A stretch of 58,834 nt of DNA from Nostoc sp. DedSLP01 (GTDB lineage: Bacteria; Cyanobacteriota; Cyanobacteriia; Cyanobacteriales; Nostocaceae). This document shows, piece by piece, positions 29,594 to 38,400 of the stretch (position 1 is its first letter; each line of letters opens with the position of its first letter). Where the stretch lies: contig JAVRCJ020000040.1 in the NCBI GenBank assembly GCA_034530875.2, forward strand, positions 1-58,834. The letters run 5' to 3'. The notes under the pieces are model-generated. The model searched no databases. It was given only the letters and a program-made list of their open reading frames with translations, and was not told where the DNA came from. The translations under genes were made by a program, and so were the position numbers.

Positions 29594-30622
29594 CTATGAA
29601 AGATAATTTTGGCGATAAATCAATTTTTCCGATGGAATTTGGTTAATTGACAAATGATTGCGATGTAAATCGCCGTAGAGATTTAGATATTCCACTTCAG
29701 AGGTCGTTAGTTTACCTTGCTGAACGCCAGCGATCGCTGCATCAATTTCTTGGCGGTTAGTCAAACCTGTTAAGCAAACATCGACACAATTTTGCGTCAA
29801 CGAATATCGATATAGATCGGGGACACTAGGTCGCCAACATTTTTCGGGTAAACTACTCGGAACATCTAGGATAGGGCCTGAGTGAGAACCTGTAGATTTG
29901 AAGGTGACGATACCTGGTCGAGAAGAGTCTTGCGCGTGCAATTGATTGAATACCCGACTCTGAGCAGATCGATGCGCGATGTTGTGTCTGACCATGACCA
30001 CATCTAATAAGTCACTATGCAAGCACTGTTGTGCTAAATTAATATCGTGAAAAGAAGCACCGATATAGCGGACGGCTCCCATTTTTTTGAGTCTTTCGGA
30101 AGCGCCAAACATTCTTTCAATGGCGCGTTGATAAACGCTATTGCTACCTCTTAAATCTGGAGAAAGTTGCAAGCAATTCTGTAAAATTGACCGATCGCTA
30201 GAACCAATCCAGCCCCAAAACAACACATCAATATAATCAATTTCTAGCTCTACAAATTGATCTAATAAAGCAGCTAATGCCATTTCTGGACTCTTGATGT
30301 ATGTCACAGTTGCCAACACTACTTTCTCTCGCACTGAAGAGCGACGGCTACACATCTGGCGTAATGCTCCAGACATGGAACTGTAAATATAGTGGTGCAA
30401 GTCGCTAGAGTAGAAAAAGTAGTTAATTCCACGCTCAAAGGCGTAAAGAGTATCTTCACTTGAGATGCTACCACCACCACCCAAACCAAGACAGCTGACT
30501 GTTAAATCAGTACGTCCCAATTTGCGGTAAAACGATAAGTCGGACTCTGGGAAGTTATGTGTTACATGACTAACTTCGCTGGCTGGGGTGACTTGAGGCG
30601 GTGCAAGATCGGTTAGTTTCAT
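29594..30622 (-). CDS. Aldo/keto reductase fold protein (atypical active site)
   Basis: YRKLGRTDLTVSCLGLG, GINYF, DYIDV and G.VRYIGAS motifs. Start overlaps the HopA1-like stop (ATGA). Confidence 0.8.
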   Translation of the reverse strand: MKLTDLAPPQVTPASEVSHVTHNFPESDLSFYRKLGRTDLTVSCLGLGGGGSISSEDTLYAFERGINYFFYSSDLHHYIYSSMSGALRQMCSRRSSVREKVVLATVTYIKSPEMALAALLDQFVELEIDYIDVLFWGWIGSSDRSILQNCLQLSPDLRGSNSVYQRAIERMFGASERLKKMGAVRYIGASFHDINLAQQCLHSDLLDVVMVRHNIAHRSAQSRVFNQLHAQDSSRPGIVTFKSTGSHSGPILDVPSSLPEKCWRPSVPDLYRYSLTQNCVDVCLTGLTNRQEIDAAIAGVQQGKLTTSEVEYLNLYGDLHRNHLSINQIPSEKLIYRQNYLS

Positions 30623-31710
30623 CGTTCTAATGGGGTGTAGATATCTTCAGAGTTGGCATTGAGATAAGAATGTTGCCAGTCAATTCCTAGAAGATAGAAA
30701 TGTTGATGAATAAATTCCATACGGCTTTGGGGTGATTCATCACCTTTTTGGCGAGCTTCTAGTAAGGCATTGGCAACAATTTGGCAACGGTTCATCCCAA
30801 AACTTTCAGACTCAGCAAATTTGAAATCGGGTTCTTCTGCTAAAGCAATTCCAGGGGCGAGAAATTTTGTAAATAGGGGTACTTCTGTGCGGAAATAGGA
30901 TTGCATTTCCGCATAAATATTTCTTAGCACTTGCCAGATTGCTTGATAATTGCTTTTCTCAAAGTAGAGAACACCACTGTCATACCGTCCGTAATCAGAG
31001 GGGTTGTATAACACTTTAAAAGTGAAGGGAATTCCGATTTGGTTTAAGTGCTGTGTCAGGCTTTCCATCAAGGCAACTGCACCTTCAGGTAGCAAGTTAA
31101 AGTAAACTCTGACTGTCTGAGGAGAAGTGTCTGGCCCAGCATCGCCCACAGCCATGTAAAATCCATTTTGAACTAGATTTCGCGGCATCCGAATAGCAAC
31201 TAAGTCGCCGATAGATGCCGATCGCTCGCTAGGTTGTAAATGGCGATCGCGCTCAATATGCAAAGTTAAACCGCCCTTGGTGACTGCGAGGCTCCCATCA
31301 CTTTCTTGGCGCACCAGTAACCAACCTGGGTCAAAGTAACCTTCACCAAGATTACTTTTGTGTAGGCGCTCGTAAAACTCTACGTCTACTCCTAAAAAAG
31401 TATTGTTCTCTAAATTTTGATGTCGTGCTAAGTCAGTCGAACGAGCATCTTTTGCTAACTCAGATCGTAGAGAGCCATTGTAATAAATGCCGTAAAGAAA
31501 ACTTTGCAGTTGGATACTTAAATATTTATTTTGCAAATCCAAAGGTGTTCGCTGAAAACGGGCTATTATCTCAGCAGGAATATCCAAGGGTTTGTAAGCT
31601 GGATGGCTAATACAGAAGTCGGACTTAATTTGAATATTGTTGGCTATGTCTTGCAGAGAATCTAGCACAGAAGTTGATATTGAGCTTTGAGGAGAATCTA
31701 GTAATTGCAT
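30619..31710 (-). CDS. HopA1-like protein (putative phospho-Ser/Thr lyase, LanY-like)
   Basis: GYFDPGW, VRVYFNL, FTFKVLYNP..YGRYDSGVLY, PLFTKFLAPGIALAEEP, ESFGMNRC. Adjacent to an APH kinase. Confidence 0.85.
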   Translation of the reverse strand: MQLLDSPQSSISTSVLDSLQDIANNIQIKSDFCISHPAYKPLDIPAEIIARFQRTPLDLQNKYLSIQLQSFLYGIYYNGSLRSELAKDARSTDLARHQNLENNTFLGVDVEFYERLHKSNLGEGYFDPGWLLVRQESDGSLAVTKGGLTLHIERDRHLQPSERSASIGDLVAIRMPRNLVQNGFYMAVGDAGPDTSPQTVRVYFNLLPEGAVALMESLTQHLNQIGIPFTFKVLYNPSDYGRYDSGVLYFEKSNYQAIWQVLRNIYAEMQSYFRTEVPLFTKFLAPGIALAEEPDFKFAESESFGMNRCQIVANALLEARQKGDESPQSRMEFIHQHFYLLGIDWQHSYLNANSEDIYTPLER

Positions 31711-31735
31711 AATGTTTGAGTGCCGCTAAGAATAT

Positions 31736-32902
31736 TTAAACTAAAGAAGCTTTACCATGAGCGAGTTGTGATTCCGCAACTCCAAAAACTGTTGAGATTG
31801 ATTGTTCTGGACGACACAACAAACTTTTGGCAACTTGAAGCATACAGATACCAATATTTCCAAAAGATTTTTGATGCTGAATCATTGCTTGAATTTGTTG
31901 AATTATGGCAAGTCCAGAAAACTGCACAACTCGTTTGAGAAAATCAGGGCGATGCTCTAAAATTTCTGGAAAGTTTGCCAAATATGCTTGAGTTAAAGCA
32001 GCAATGGAAGGCTGAAGTTGTTCGAGTGGTGTCATCGCTAACCGCAAAGATTCTTCGACATCAATAGATTTACTCACCACTAAACTATTTAGCCAAAGTT
32101 GTAAATAACTGGCGATGAGCATTCCTAAGTCAAATGCAGGATCGCCCCAAGCGCCTCGTTCCCAGTCAATAAGTCTAATTGCACTATTAGTTGTCAGGAC
32201 TTCTTGCCAATTGTTGTGCAGGAGGATATTGTTCAGCTTGAGGTCATTGTGTGTGAGACAGCAAGGTACGGATTTAGCGATCAGTTGTGCGATCGCTTTT
32301 CCCAGGCTGTCATATCTTTGATAGAGAGCAAAGAATTTCAATCCATCTGCGGGAACCCGACCGAAAACTTCAGGAGTAATCTTGTCTAGCCCAAGATTAA
32401 AGTTAAGAACTTGTTCAATAGATGTGTCATCAGATTGCTGAGCGAAAAATTCTTGGTAGTCGTGACGTTGGAAAGTCGCTTGATGGATGGTAGCTAAAGT
32501 AGTACCAATTGCAGATGCGATCGCAGTTGGAAAAATATTCTCCTTGATATAAAAATCAGCTAGATCGCAATAGTCATTGAGATAATTAAAAACAATAATC
32601 GAATGCTCTACATCAAAATGTAAAGCCTCTGAAAGCATTGAACAAATATGACTGAGTTCATGAGTTTGTTGAAAAAACTCATGAATTCGCCATTCACTCA
32701 AAAATTCACCCGCAGTTTTCCCTTCTTGATTGTGACGTTCCTGTTTAACAAGGAGTTTACGTTCATCGTCTAAACTCAGTAATAAGTTGAAGTTTTTCGC
32801 AGCTTTTGGCTCGACTTGTTTCAAATCCTGCTCTTGCAGAAAAAATAACTCTTGATTAAATAAGTACTGGAAAACGTTTTGAGAACTTAATAAAAATGTC
32901 AC
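31736..32902 (-). CDS. Aminoglycoside-phosphotransferase-family kinase (LanK-like)
   Basis: KNFNL, LLVKQE, CLTHNDLKLNNILL, LIDWE..WGDPAFDLG. GTG start at 32902 after a G-rich RBS. Confidence 0.88.
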   Translation of the reverse strand: MTFLLSSQNVFQYLFNQELFFLQEQDLKQVEPKAAKNFNLLLSLDDERKLLVKQERHNQEGKTAGEFLSEWRIHEFFQQTHELSHICSMLSEALHFDVEHSIIVFNYLNDYCDLADFYIKENIFPTAIASAIGTTLATIHQATFQRHDYQEFFAQQSDDTSIEQVLNFNLGLDKITPEVFGRVPADGLKFFALYQRYDSLGKAIAQLIAKSVPCCLTHNDLKLNNILLHNNWQEVLTTNSAIRLIDWERGAWGDPAFDLGMLIASYLQLWLNSLVVSKSIDVEESLRLAMTPLEQLQPSIAALTQAYLANFPEILEHRPDFLKRVVQFSGLAIIQQIQAMIQHQKSFGNIGICMLQVAKSLLCRPEQSISTVFGVAESQLAHGKASLV

Positions 32903-33010
32903 AACTAAACCCCCATAAAATGTATTACACAAGGCTGGCTTATTGCATAGATGATTTTTTTGAAACTTGATTAGCTTTAATTTGCTAGGATGCTTTATGC
33001 AAATTCGTCC

Positions 33011-33060
33011 TAACGCACCAAAAATCTGGGATGGTGTGTTAGTTTGTGGCATAACACACC
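33011..33060. repeat. REP-like palindromic repeat between the precursor array and the kinase
   Basis: TAACGCACC...GGTGTGTTA...TAACACACC. Confidence 0.55.
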
Positions 33061-33085
33061 ATAACTCTGTAAATTCAGTTAATCC

Positions 33086-33325
33086 TTAATTGCGCTTAAA
33101 CAAGCGTCCAACACCACCAATTGCTCCAGCTATACCAATAGCACATTGCTGTGAGGAACGAGCGCCAATATATCCCAGCCTAGCTGCTGATAAAATTAGC
33201 GCTGGTGTGAAACCACCGTAGATATTTTCAAATTCATTGTCACCAAAATCGTCCATATAGCCTTCAGAATCACAAAATAAATCAGAACCCTTAGGACGCA
33301 AATCGGAAATATTGATACTAGCCAT
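33086..33325 (-). CDS. Double-glycine RiPP precursor P5
   Basis: Leader MASINISDLRP.GSDLF.DSEGY...ENIYGG. Core FTPALILSAARLGYIGARSSQQCAIGIAGAIGGVGRLFKRN. Confidence 0.88.
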   Translation of the reverse strand: MASINISDLRPKGSDLFCDSEGYMDDFGDNEFENIYGGFTPALILSAARLGYIGARSSQQCAIGIAGAIGGVGRLFKRN

Positions 33326-33385
33326 TGTTTTGCCTCTTGAATGAAATTAATTGAAATGTAATTAGTAGGTTGGATTTTTTGAGTT

Positions 33386-33447
33386 TCAAAGTCTTCTCGA
33401 AGAAATTGTGTAATTATCATTAAAATCTTTATTCAAGAAGACTTTGA
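33386..33447. promoter_or_regulatory. Long intergenic hairpin between precursors P4 and P5
   Basis: TCAAAGTCTTCT / AGAAGACTTTGA perfect 12-bp stem, extendable with mismatches. Confidence 0.55.
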
Positions 33448-33459
33448 TGGGTTTTGTAT

Positions 33460-33687
33460 TTATAGCCTAGCTATTATGCTCTTGTTGTAGTCATGAATTT
33501 TCCTTGTCGCCATAGAAAATCCATACGTCAACATAAAGACCCCAATTGAGGCACATACAGGAGTAGATAAAGCACCTCCACGCATCAAACCAATTTCATC
33601 ATCATTGATTTCATTGAGATAACTCTCTTTATCTAACAGGAGGTCAAATCCTGTTGCAGAGAGATTGTTAATTGCAATGTTTGCCAT
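33460..33687 (-). CDS. Double-glycine RiPP precursor P4
   Basis: Leader MANIAINNL..TGFDL..DKESYLNEI.DDEI..MRGG. Core ALSTPVCASIGVFMLTYGFSMATRKIHDYNKSIIARL. Confidence 0.88.
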   Translation of the reverse strand: MANIAINNLSATGFDLLLDKESYLNEINDDEIGLMRGGALSTPVCASIGVFMLTYGFSMATRKIHDYNKSIIARL

Positions 33688-33718
33688 ACTAGGTTTCTCC
33701 AGGTAACTATTAACTTAG

Positions 33719-33958
33719 TTAACGACCAACAATCCAGCCAGAAACAGCACCACTTACAGCTACTGCTCCTGAAACTGCATATTTGGCACACTTGGCTGAT
33801 GAAATACGTATTGAGTAGCCAACAGCCCATATAGCAAATGGAATACCACCATAAACTTGATTAGATTCGCTGTAACCGAGTTCATCCATATAGCCTTCAG
33901 AATCGGAAAATAGCTCCAAACCAGTAGGACGCAAATCGGAAATATTAATGTTAGCCAT
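33719..33958 (-). CDS. Double-glycine RiPP precursor P3
   Basis: True start at 33958 (MANINISDLRPTG, AGGAG RBS). Core after VYGG: IPFAIWAVGYSIRISSAKCAKYAVSGAVAVSGAVSGWIVGR. Confidence 0.88.
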   Translation of the reverse strand: MANINISDLRPTGLELFSDSEGYMDELGYSESNQVYGGIPFAIWAVGYSIRISSAKCAKYAVSGAVAVSGAVSGWIVGR

Positions 33959-34002
33959 TGTTGTTCTCCTTGAATTTTTACAACGTTTACCAAGCCAAAT
34001 TT

Positions 34003-34221
34003 TTAACCTATTTTTTTGAGCTGCGCAGTTAGTCTCCAAAAAGGTGGATATATAGGTCTTGGTGTAGGAATAGGACGGCAATAAGGACTAAACCACGGAC
34101 GAGAAATTAATCCACCCTGAATGTTGAGTTCTTCTTCTGATAAATCGTTGATGAATTGTTCAGAATCAGAAAACAGATCGTAACCAGCAGGATGCAGATT
34201 TGAAATTGCAATATTAGCCAT
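34003..34221 (-). CDS. Double-glycine RiPP precursor P2 (Pro-rich core)
   Basis: True start at 34221 (MANIAISNLHPAG, AGGAG RBS). Core after IQGG: LISRPWFSPYCRPIPTPRPIYPPFWRLTAQLKKIG. Confidence 0.88.
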   Translation of the reverse strand: MANIAISNLHPAGYDLFSDSEQFINDLSEEELNIQGGLISRPWFSPYCRPIPTPRPIYPPFWRLTAQLKKIG

Positions 34222-34259
34222 ACTAGCTCTCCTATTGATTGAGGTTACTTTTACTCTTC

Positions 34260-34484
34260 CTATGGTTTTATTCTTGAAGTAGTAGCAGCCCATACTGTAA
34301 CAGCAATACCAGGAGAACCGAAACCAGCACTAGTTACTATACTCAGTACACATCTCCATTTAGACCATTTTCCACCTTGGATATTGCCAACTTCACTGTC
34401 TATTAAATCGTTCATATAGCTTTCGGAATCTTTGAATAGCTCAGAGCCAGTAGGATTCAAATCAGAAATTTCAATGTTAGCCAT
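34260..34484 (-). CDS. Double-glycine RiPP precursor P1
   Basis: Leader MANIEISDLNPTGSELFKDSESYMNDL...NIQGG. Core KWSKWRCVLSIVTSAGFGSPGIAVTVWAATTSRIKP. Confidence 0.88.
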   Translation of the reverse strand: MANIEISDLNPTGSELFKDSESYMNDLIDSEVGNIQGGKWSKWRCVLSIVTSAGFGSPGIAVTVWAATTSRIKP

Positions 34485-34919
34485 GAGATTTTACCTTTTA
34501 GTAAATTTTTGTGCTAGATGTTATCTGCACATTTCCTTATGTCTCTTCAATCTTCTGATAATAATTTGAGGATTTCAAGGTTTTTAAGCTGGCTGTTTGT
34601 ACATAATTAAAGGACTTATGTTTCGTGCTTAAATACTTTCAGACTTAATGATTTCTTGGCAATTAATATAATAAAAGGTTGCGTTAAGGCAATTTAAAAC
34701 GAATGTTATCTATTTATCGGTAGAGTCCGCTTATTTTGGTTTGGTACACTACAAATGCCAGAAAAGCCAGATTTCTAACCACAAGCAAAAATATTATGTA
34801 CTTTTGTAACAAGTTGTGGAATTCCCGGAGTTTTGATTCAGAGAAGTAACAGAGAGTTTCAGGAATTATCCAGATTAATTTCTATCTGGGCATTGCAAGT
34901 TATACCAGGAGGAATTGCT

Positions 34920-35477
34920 GTGAACAAGCAAGGTCTATATTTAACAACGTTTCAACGTAAGCTTTTGCTCAAGAGTTTAGAAACAGATTTACGTCCAGAA
35001 TACCGCCGTCGGATTGAAATCATGCTGTTGGCAGATGCAGGTCAATCTCAGACTCAAATATGCGAAGCTTTAGGATGCTCTCAGGAGACAGCACGGCACT
35101 GGATTACTATGGCACAAACAGGCCAGGCTCATCATTGGAATGACCGCCTGATGGGTCGTCCTAAAGCTGTGAATGAGCAATATCTCGCTCGCTTACAAGA
35201 ACTAGCAAATCATAGCCCGCGTGAGTATGGTTATGCATTTGAACGCTGGACAGGACAATGGTTAAGCAAGCATTTGGCAAAAGAGTTTGGCATTAAAGTT
35301 AGTGCTTGCCACGTTAACCGTCTGCTGAAGGAAATGGGACTTTCGACTCGACAGACACGCAAAACAGAGCAAAAAACTGATAACACCAAAAATTCTCGGA
35401 TTACGATTGGCAATCTGTTACCCAATCCAGAGCCTAATTTTCGATGGTCGTTGAATTTCGTTAAAACCAGTAATTAA
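34920..35477 (+). CDS. Helix-turn-helix protein related to the DNA-binding half of IS630 transposases (putative regulator)
   Basis: AGGAGG plus GTG start at 34920. RRIEIMLL...SQTQICEALGCSQETARHW, GRPK, WT..WL..HL..EFGI.VS..HV.RLL..MG. No DDE domain. Confidence 0.75.
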   Translation: MNKQGLYLTTFQRKLLLKSLETDLRPEYRRRIEIMLLADAGQSQTQICEALGCSQETARHWITMAQTGQAHHWNDRLMGRPKAVNEQYLARLQELANHSPREYGYAFERWTGQWLSKHLAKEFGIKVSACHVNRLLKEMGLSTRQTRKTEQKTDNTKNSRITIGNLLPNPEPNFRWSLNFVKTSN

Positions 35478-35489
35478 TTTTTTCAAATC

Positions 35490-38400
35490 ATGGTTCAGAA
35501 CAAATCAGAATTTTCTCTTCAACAGCTTGCCCAAACTCTGGGTCAGACTCTTACACCACAAGAATTTTCAGACTGCATTAAAAAAATTGAAATTATCCAG
35601 CCAAGTGCAGGCAAACTTTTTTGGCAGACAACAGACGCAAACATAGGCATTTATCTAATTTTGGCAGGTAAAGCCAGATTGCTCGATCGCAGCGATAATT
35701 TAATTGCTTCTATCGGTATAGGAACATCCTTCGCCCAGTTAACGCTATTTCCCGAAGAACAATTTCAACCTTACGCTGTTCGGGCTTCGGTAAATCTCAA
35801 AGTTGGTTATATTCCTGGGGAATGTTTGCGATCGCTCATTCGCAAGTATCCCACCATTGGGCAGCATCTTCACAACCAAGCTGTACTTTGGGATTTATTA
35901 CTGTTATGTCGCCAAAATCCTGCACTGAATAATGTTACTTACGAAGGTGTAACGCAAATTCAACCACTTCTAGAACAGCACAATCTCCAAATTAACAAAC
36001 TGCCATCTTCTTTACTCAAAGACCAGCAACTCTGGATATTACGGCGTGGCGAACTATTGCACACATCAGGACTAAAACTAACTGCTAGCAATATTTACAC
36101 CTTAACTCAGTTACCTAAAGACCGTGGTTGGCAAGTAACTCAAAGTTCGCAACTATACAGCCTCAGCAGTTTACATTGGCAAACTGCATTGCAACACATA
36201 CCACAACTGGCTGAACTCGATGCTAACAACCATCCCGTTGCAGTCTCTCAGCCTGCGATGTTGCCCCAATTGACGGTTGAGCCAAAAAACCAGTTAAAGA
36301 AGAAAATTAGTAAAGCTTACTTCCCTAGCCCAACCGTAAAAATCGGTCATTTATGGCAACGTATTACTCGCCGCTATCCCTTCTTTGAACAACAAAGTGC
36401 GTCTGATTGTGGCGCGGCTTGCTTGGTGATGGTTGGTCGCTACTGGGGTAAGCATTTTAGCATCAATCGGCTGCGAGATATTGCTAACGTCGATCGGGAT
36501 GGGTCATCGCTGCGAGGTTTAGCAGCAGCAGCAGAAAGCATCGGCTTTTCAACTCGACCTGTCAAAGCCAGCCTGGATAAACTTGCACAGCAAAGCCTTC
36601 CGGCTATTGTGCATTGGGAAGGCAAACATTATATCGTTGTCTATGAAGTCAAAGGCGATCGCATTATCGTTGGAGATCCTGGTATTGGTCAGCGTACCCT
36701 CTCACATTCAGAATTTCAAGCAGGTTGGACTGGCTATGCTTTGTTACTCCAACCGACAGCCCTACTGCGAGAAGCCAAAGAAGCCAGCACTCCTTTTTGG
36801 CAGTTTTTTGAATTAACTAAACCTCACTGGCTGGTATTGTTAGAAGTTCTGATTGCTTCTATTCTGATTCAAATCTTTGGCCTAGTCACACCACTATTTA
36901 CACAACTATTACTAGACCGAGTGGTTGTGCAGCGTAGTAACTTAACATTAACGGCTGTCGGTATAGGTTTAATTATCTTTAGTCTGTTTCGAGTTGCTAT
37001 CACTGGACTGCGGCAATATCTTCTCGACCACACAGCTAACCGAGTAGATTTAGCCTTGATTGTGGGATTTATTACCCATACCTTTCGCTTACCTCTAAAC
37101 TATTTTGAGTCTCGTTATGTGGGCGATATCATTTCTCGCGTGCAAGAAAACCGCAAAATTCAACGTTTCTTAACTGGTGAAGCACTATCTATCTTTTTGG
37201 ATTTACTTACAGTATTTGTCTATGTTGGATTGATGTTTTGGTATAGCTGGAAAATGGCATTAATGACCTTAGTGATTGTGCCACCATTTGTCTTATTGGC
37301 ACTGATAGCTACACCTTTTTTACAACGTGTTTCCCGCGAAATTTTTGGCGCACATAACGAAGAAACTGGGTATTTAATTCAATCTTTGACGGGTATCCGC
37401 ACGATTAAATCGATGGCAGTTGAGCAAACTGTCCGCTGGCAATGGGAAGAACTTTTTGGTAAGTCAGTAAAAAAGACTTTTTCGGGGCAAGTCATTGGCA
37501 ACACACTGCAAATATTTAGCTCTGGTATTGAAGCTGTAGTTACCGCAGCATTATTATGGTTTGGTGCGTGGCAAGTGATTCAAAATGAACTCACCATTGG
37601 GCAACTGATAGCTTTTAATATGTTGCTCAGTAATGTGATTAATCCTTTTCAAAGGCTGATTTTGTTGTGGAATGAACTACAAGAAGTACTGATTGCTGTT
37701 GAACGAATTAATGATGTGATTGATGCCGAACCAGAAGAAGATTTACAACATCAACATTATCAATCATTACCAGCAATTCGCGGTTATATTCGCTTTGATA
37801 AAGTTACTTTTCGCTATCATCCAGAAAGTGAGATAAATACCTTAGAAAATATCAGTTTTGAAGTCCAACCAGGACAAACAATTGCACTTGTCGGACGTAG
37901 TGGTTCGGGAAAAACAACTATTTCTAAGCTGATATTAGGATTGTATCTGCCTATAGAAGGGAAGATTTTAATTGATAGCTATGATGTCACTAGTTTATCG
38001 CTGCGATCGCTCCGTCAGCAAATTGGTGTAGTCGATCAAGATACCTTTTTGTTTGGTAGTACAATTCGCGAAAACATTTCTTTAGGCCATCCCGAAGCTT
38101 CTTTAGAAGAAGTTATAGAAGCCGCTAAACAAGCAGGCGCACATCAGTTTATTAAAGAACTACCGATGGGCTACGAAACCCTAATTGGAGAAGGGGGAGG
38201 AACGCTATCTGGTGGACAAAGACAAAGATTAGCGATCGCCCGTGCCCTTGTCGGAAATCCCCGACTGCTAATTTTAGATGAAGCTACCAGCAGCCTTGAC
38301 GCTGAATCTGAACGCATTATTCAGACGAACCTCAACACAATTCTTCAAGATAGAACAACTGTGGTGATTGCACATCGCCTCTCAACAATACGCAATGCAG

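Noticed and set aside
30619..31710. Type III secretion effector interpretation of the HopA1-like gene
   Set aside because: No T3SS genes are present. Context next to an APH kinase and precursor peptides fits a RiPP lyase.
31736..33052. Aminoglycoside resistance gene, and the 438-aa long form of the ORF
   Set aside because: Context indicates a peptide kinase. The extra 50 N-terminal codons run into a REP-like repeat, and the GTG at 32902 has an RBS.
33086..34484. CRISPR-like array suggested by the conserved-leader/variable-core periodicity
   Set aside because: Conservation is at the protein level with synonymous changes, and there are no identical 23-47 bp DNA repeats or cas genes.
34485..34919. 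NtcA box in the divergent RiPP promoter
   Set aside because: I found no exact GTA-N8-TAC by eye.
34833..35477. Active IS630 transposase
   Set aside because: No DDE domain or terminal inverted repeats, and it is tightly embedded in the exporter operon.
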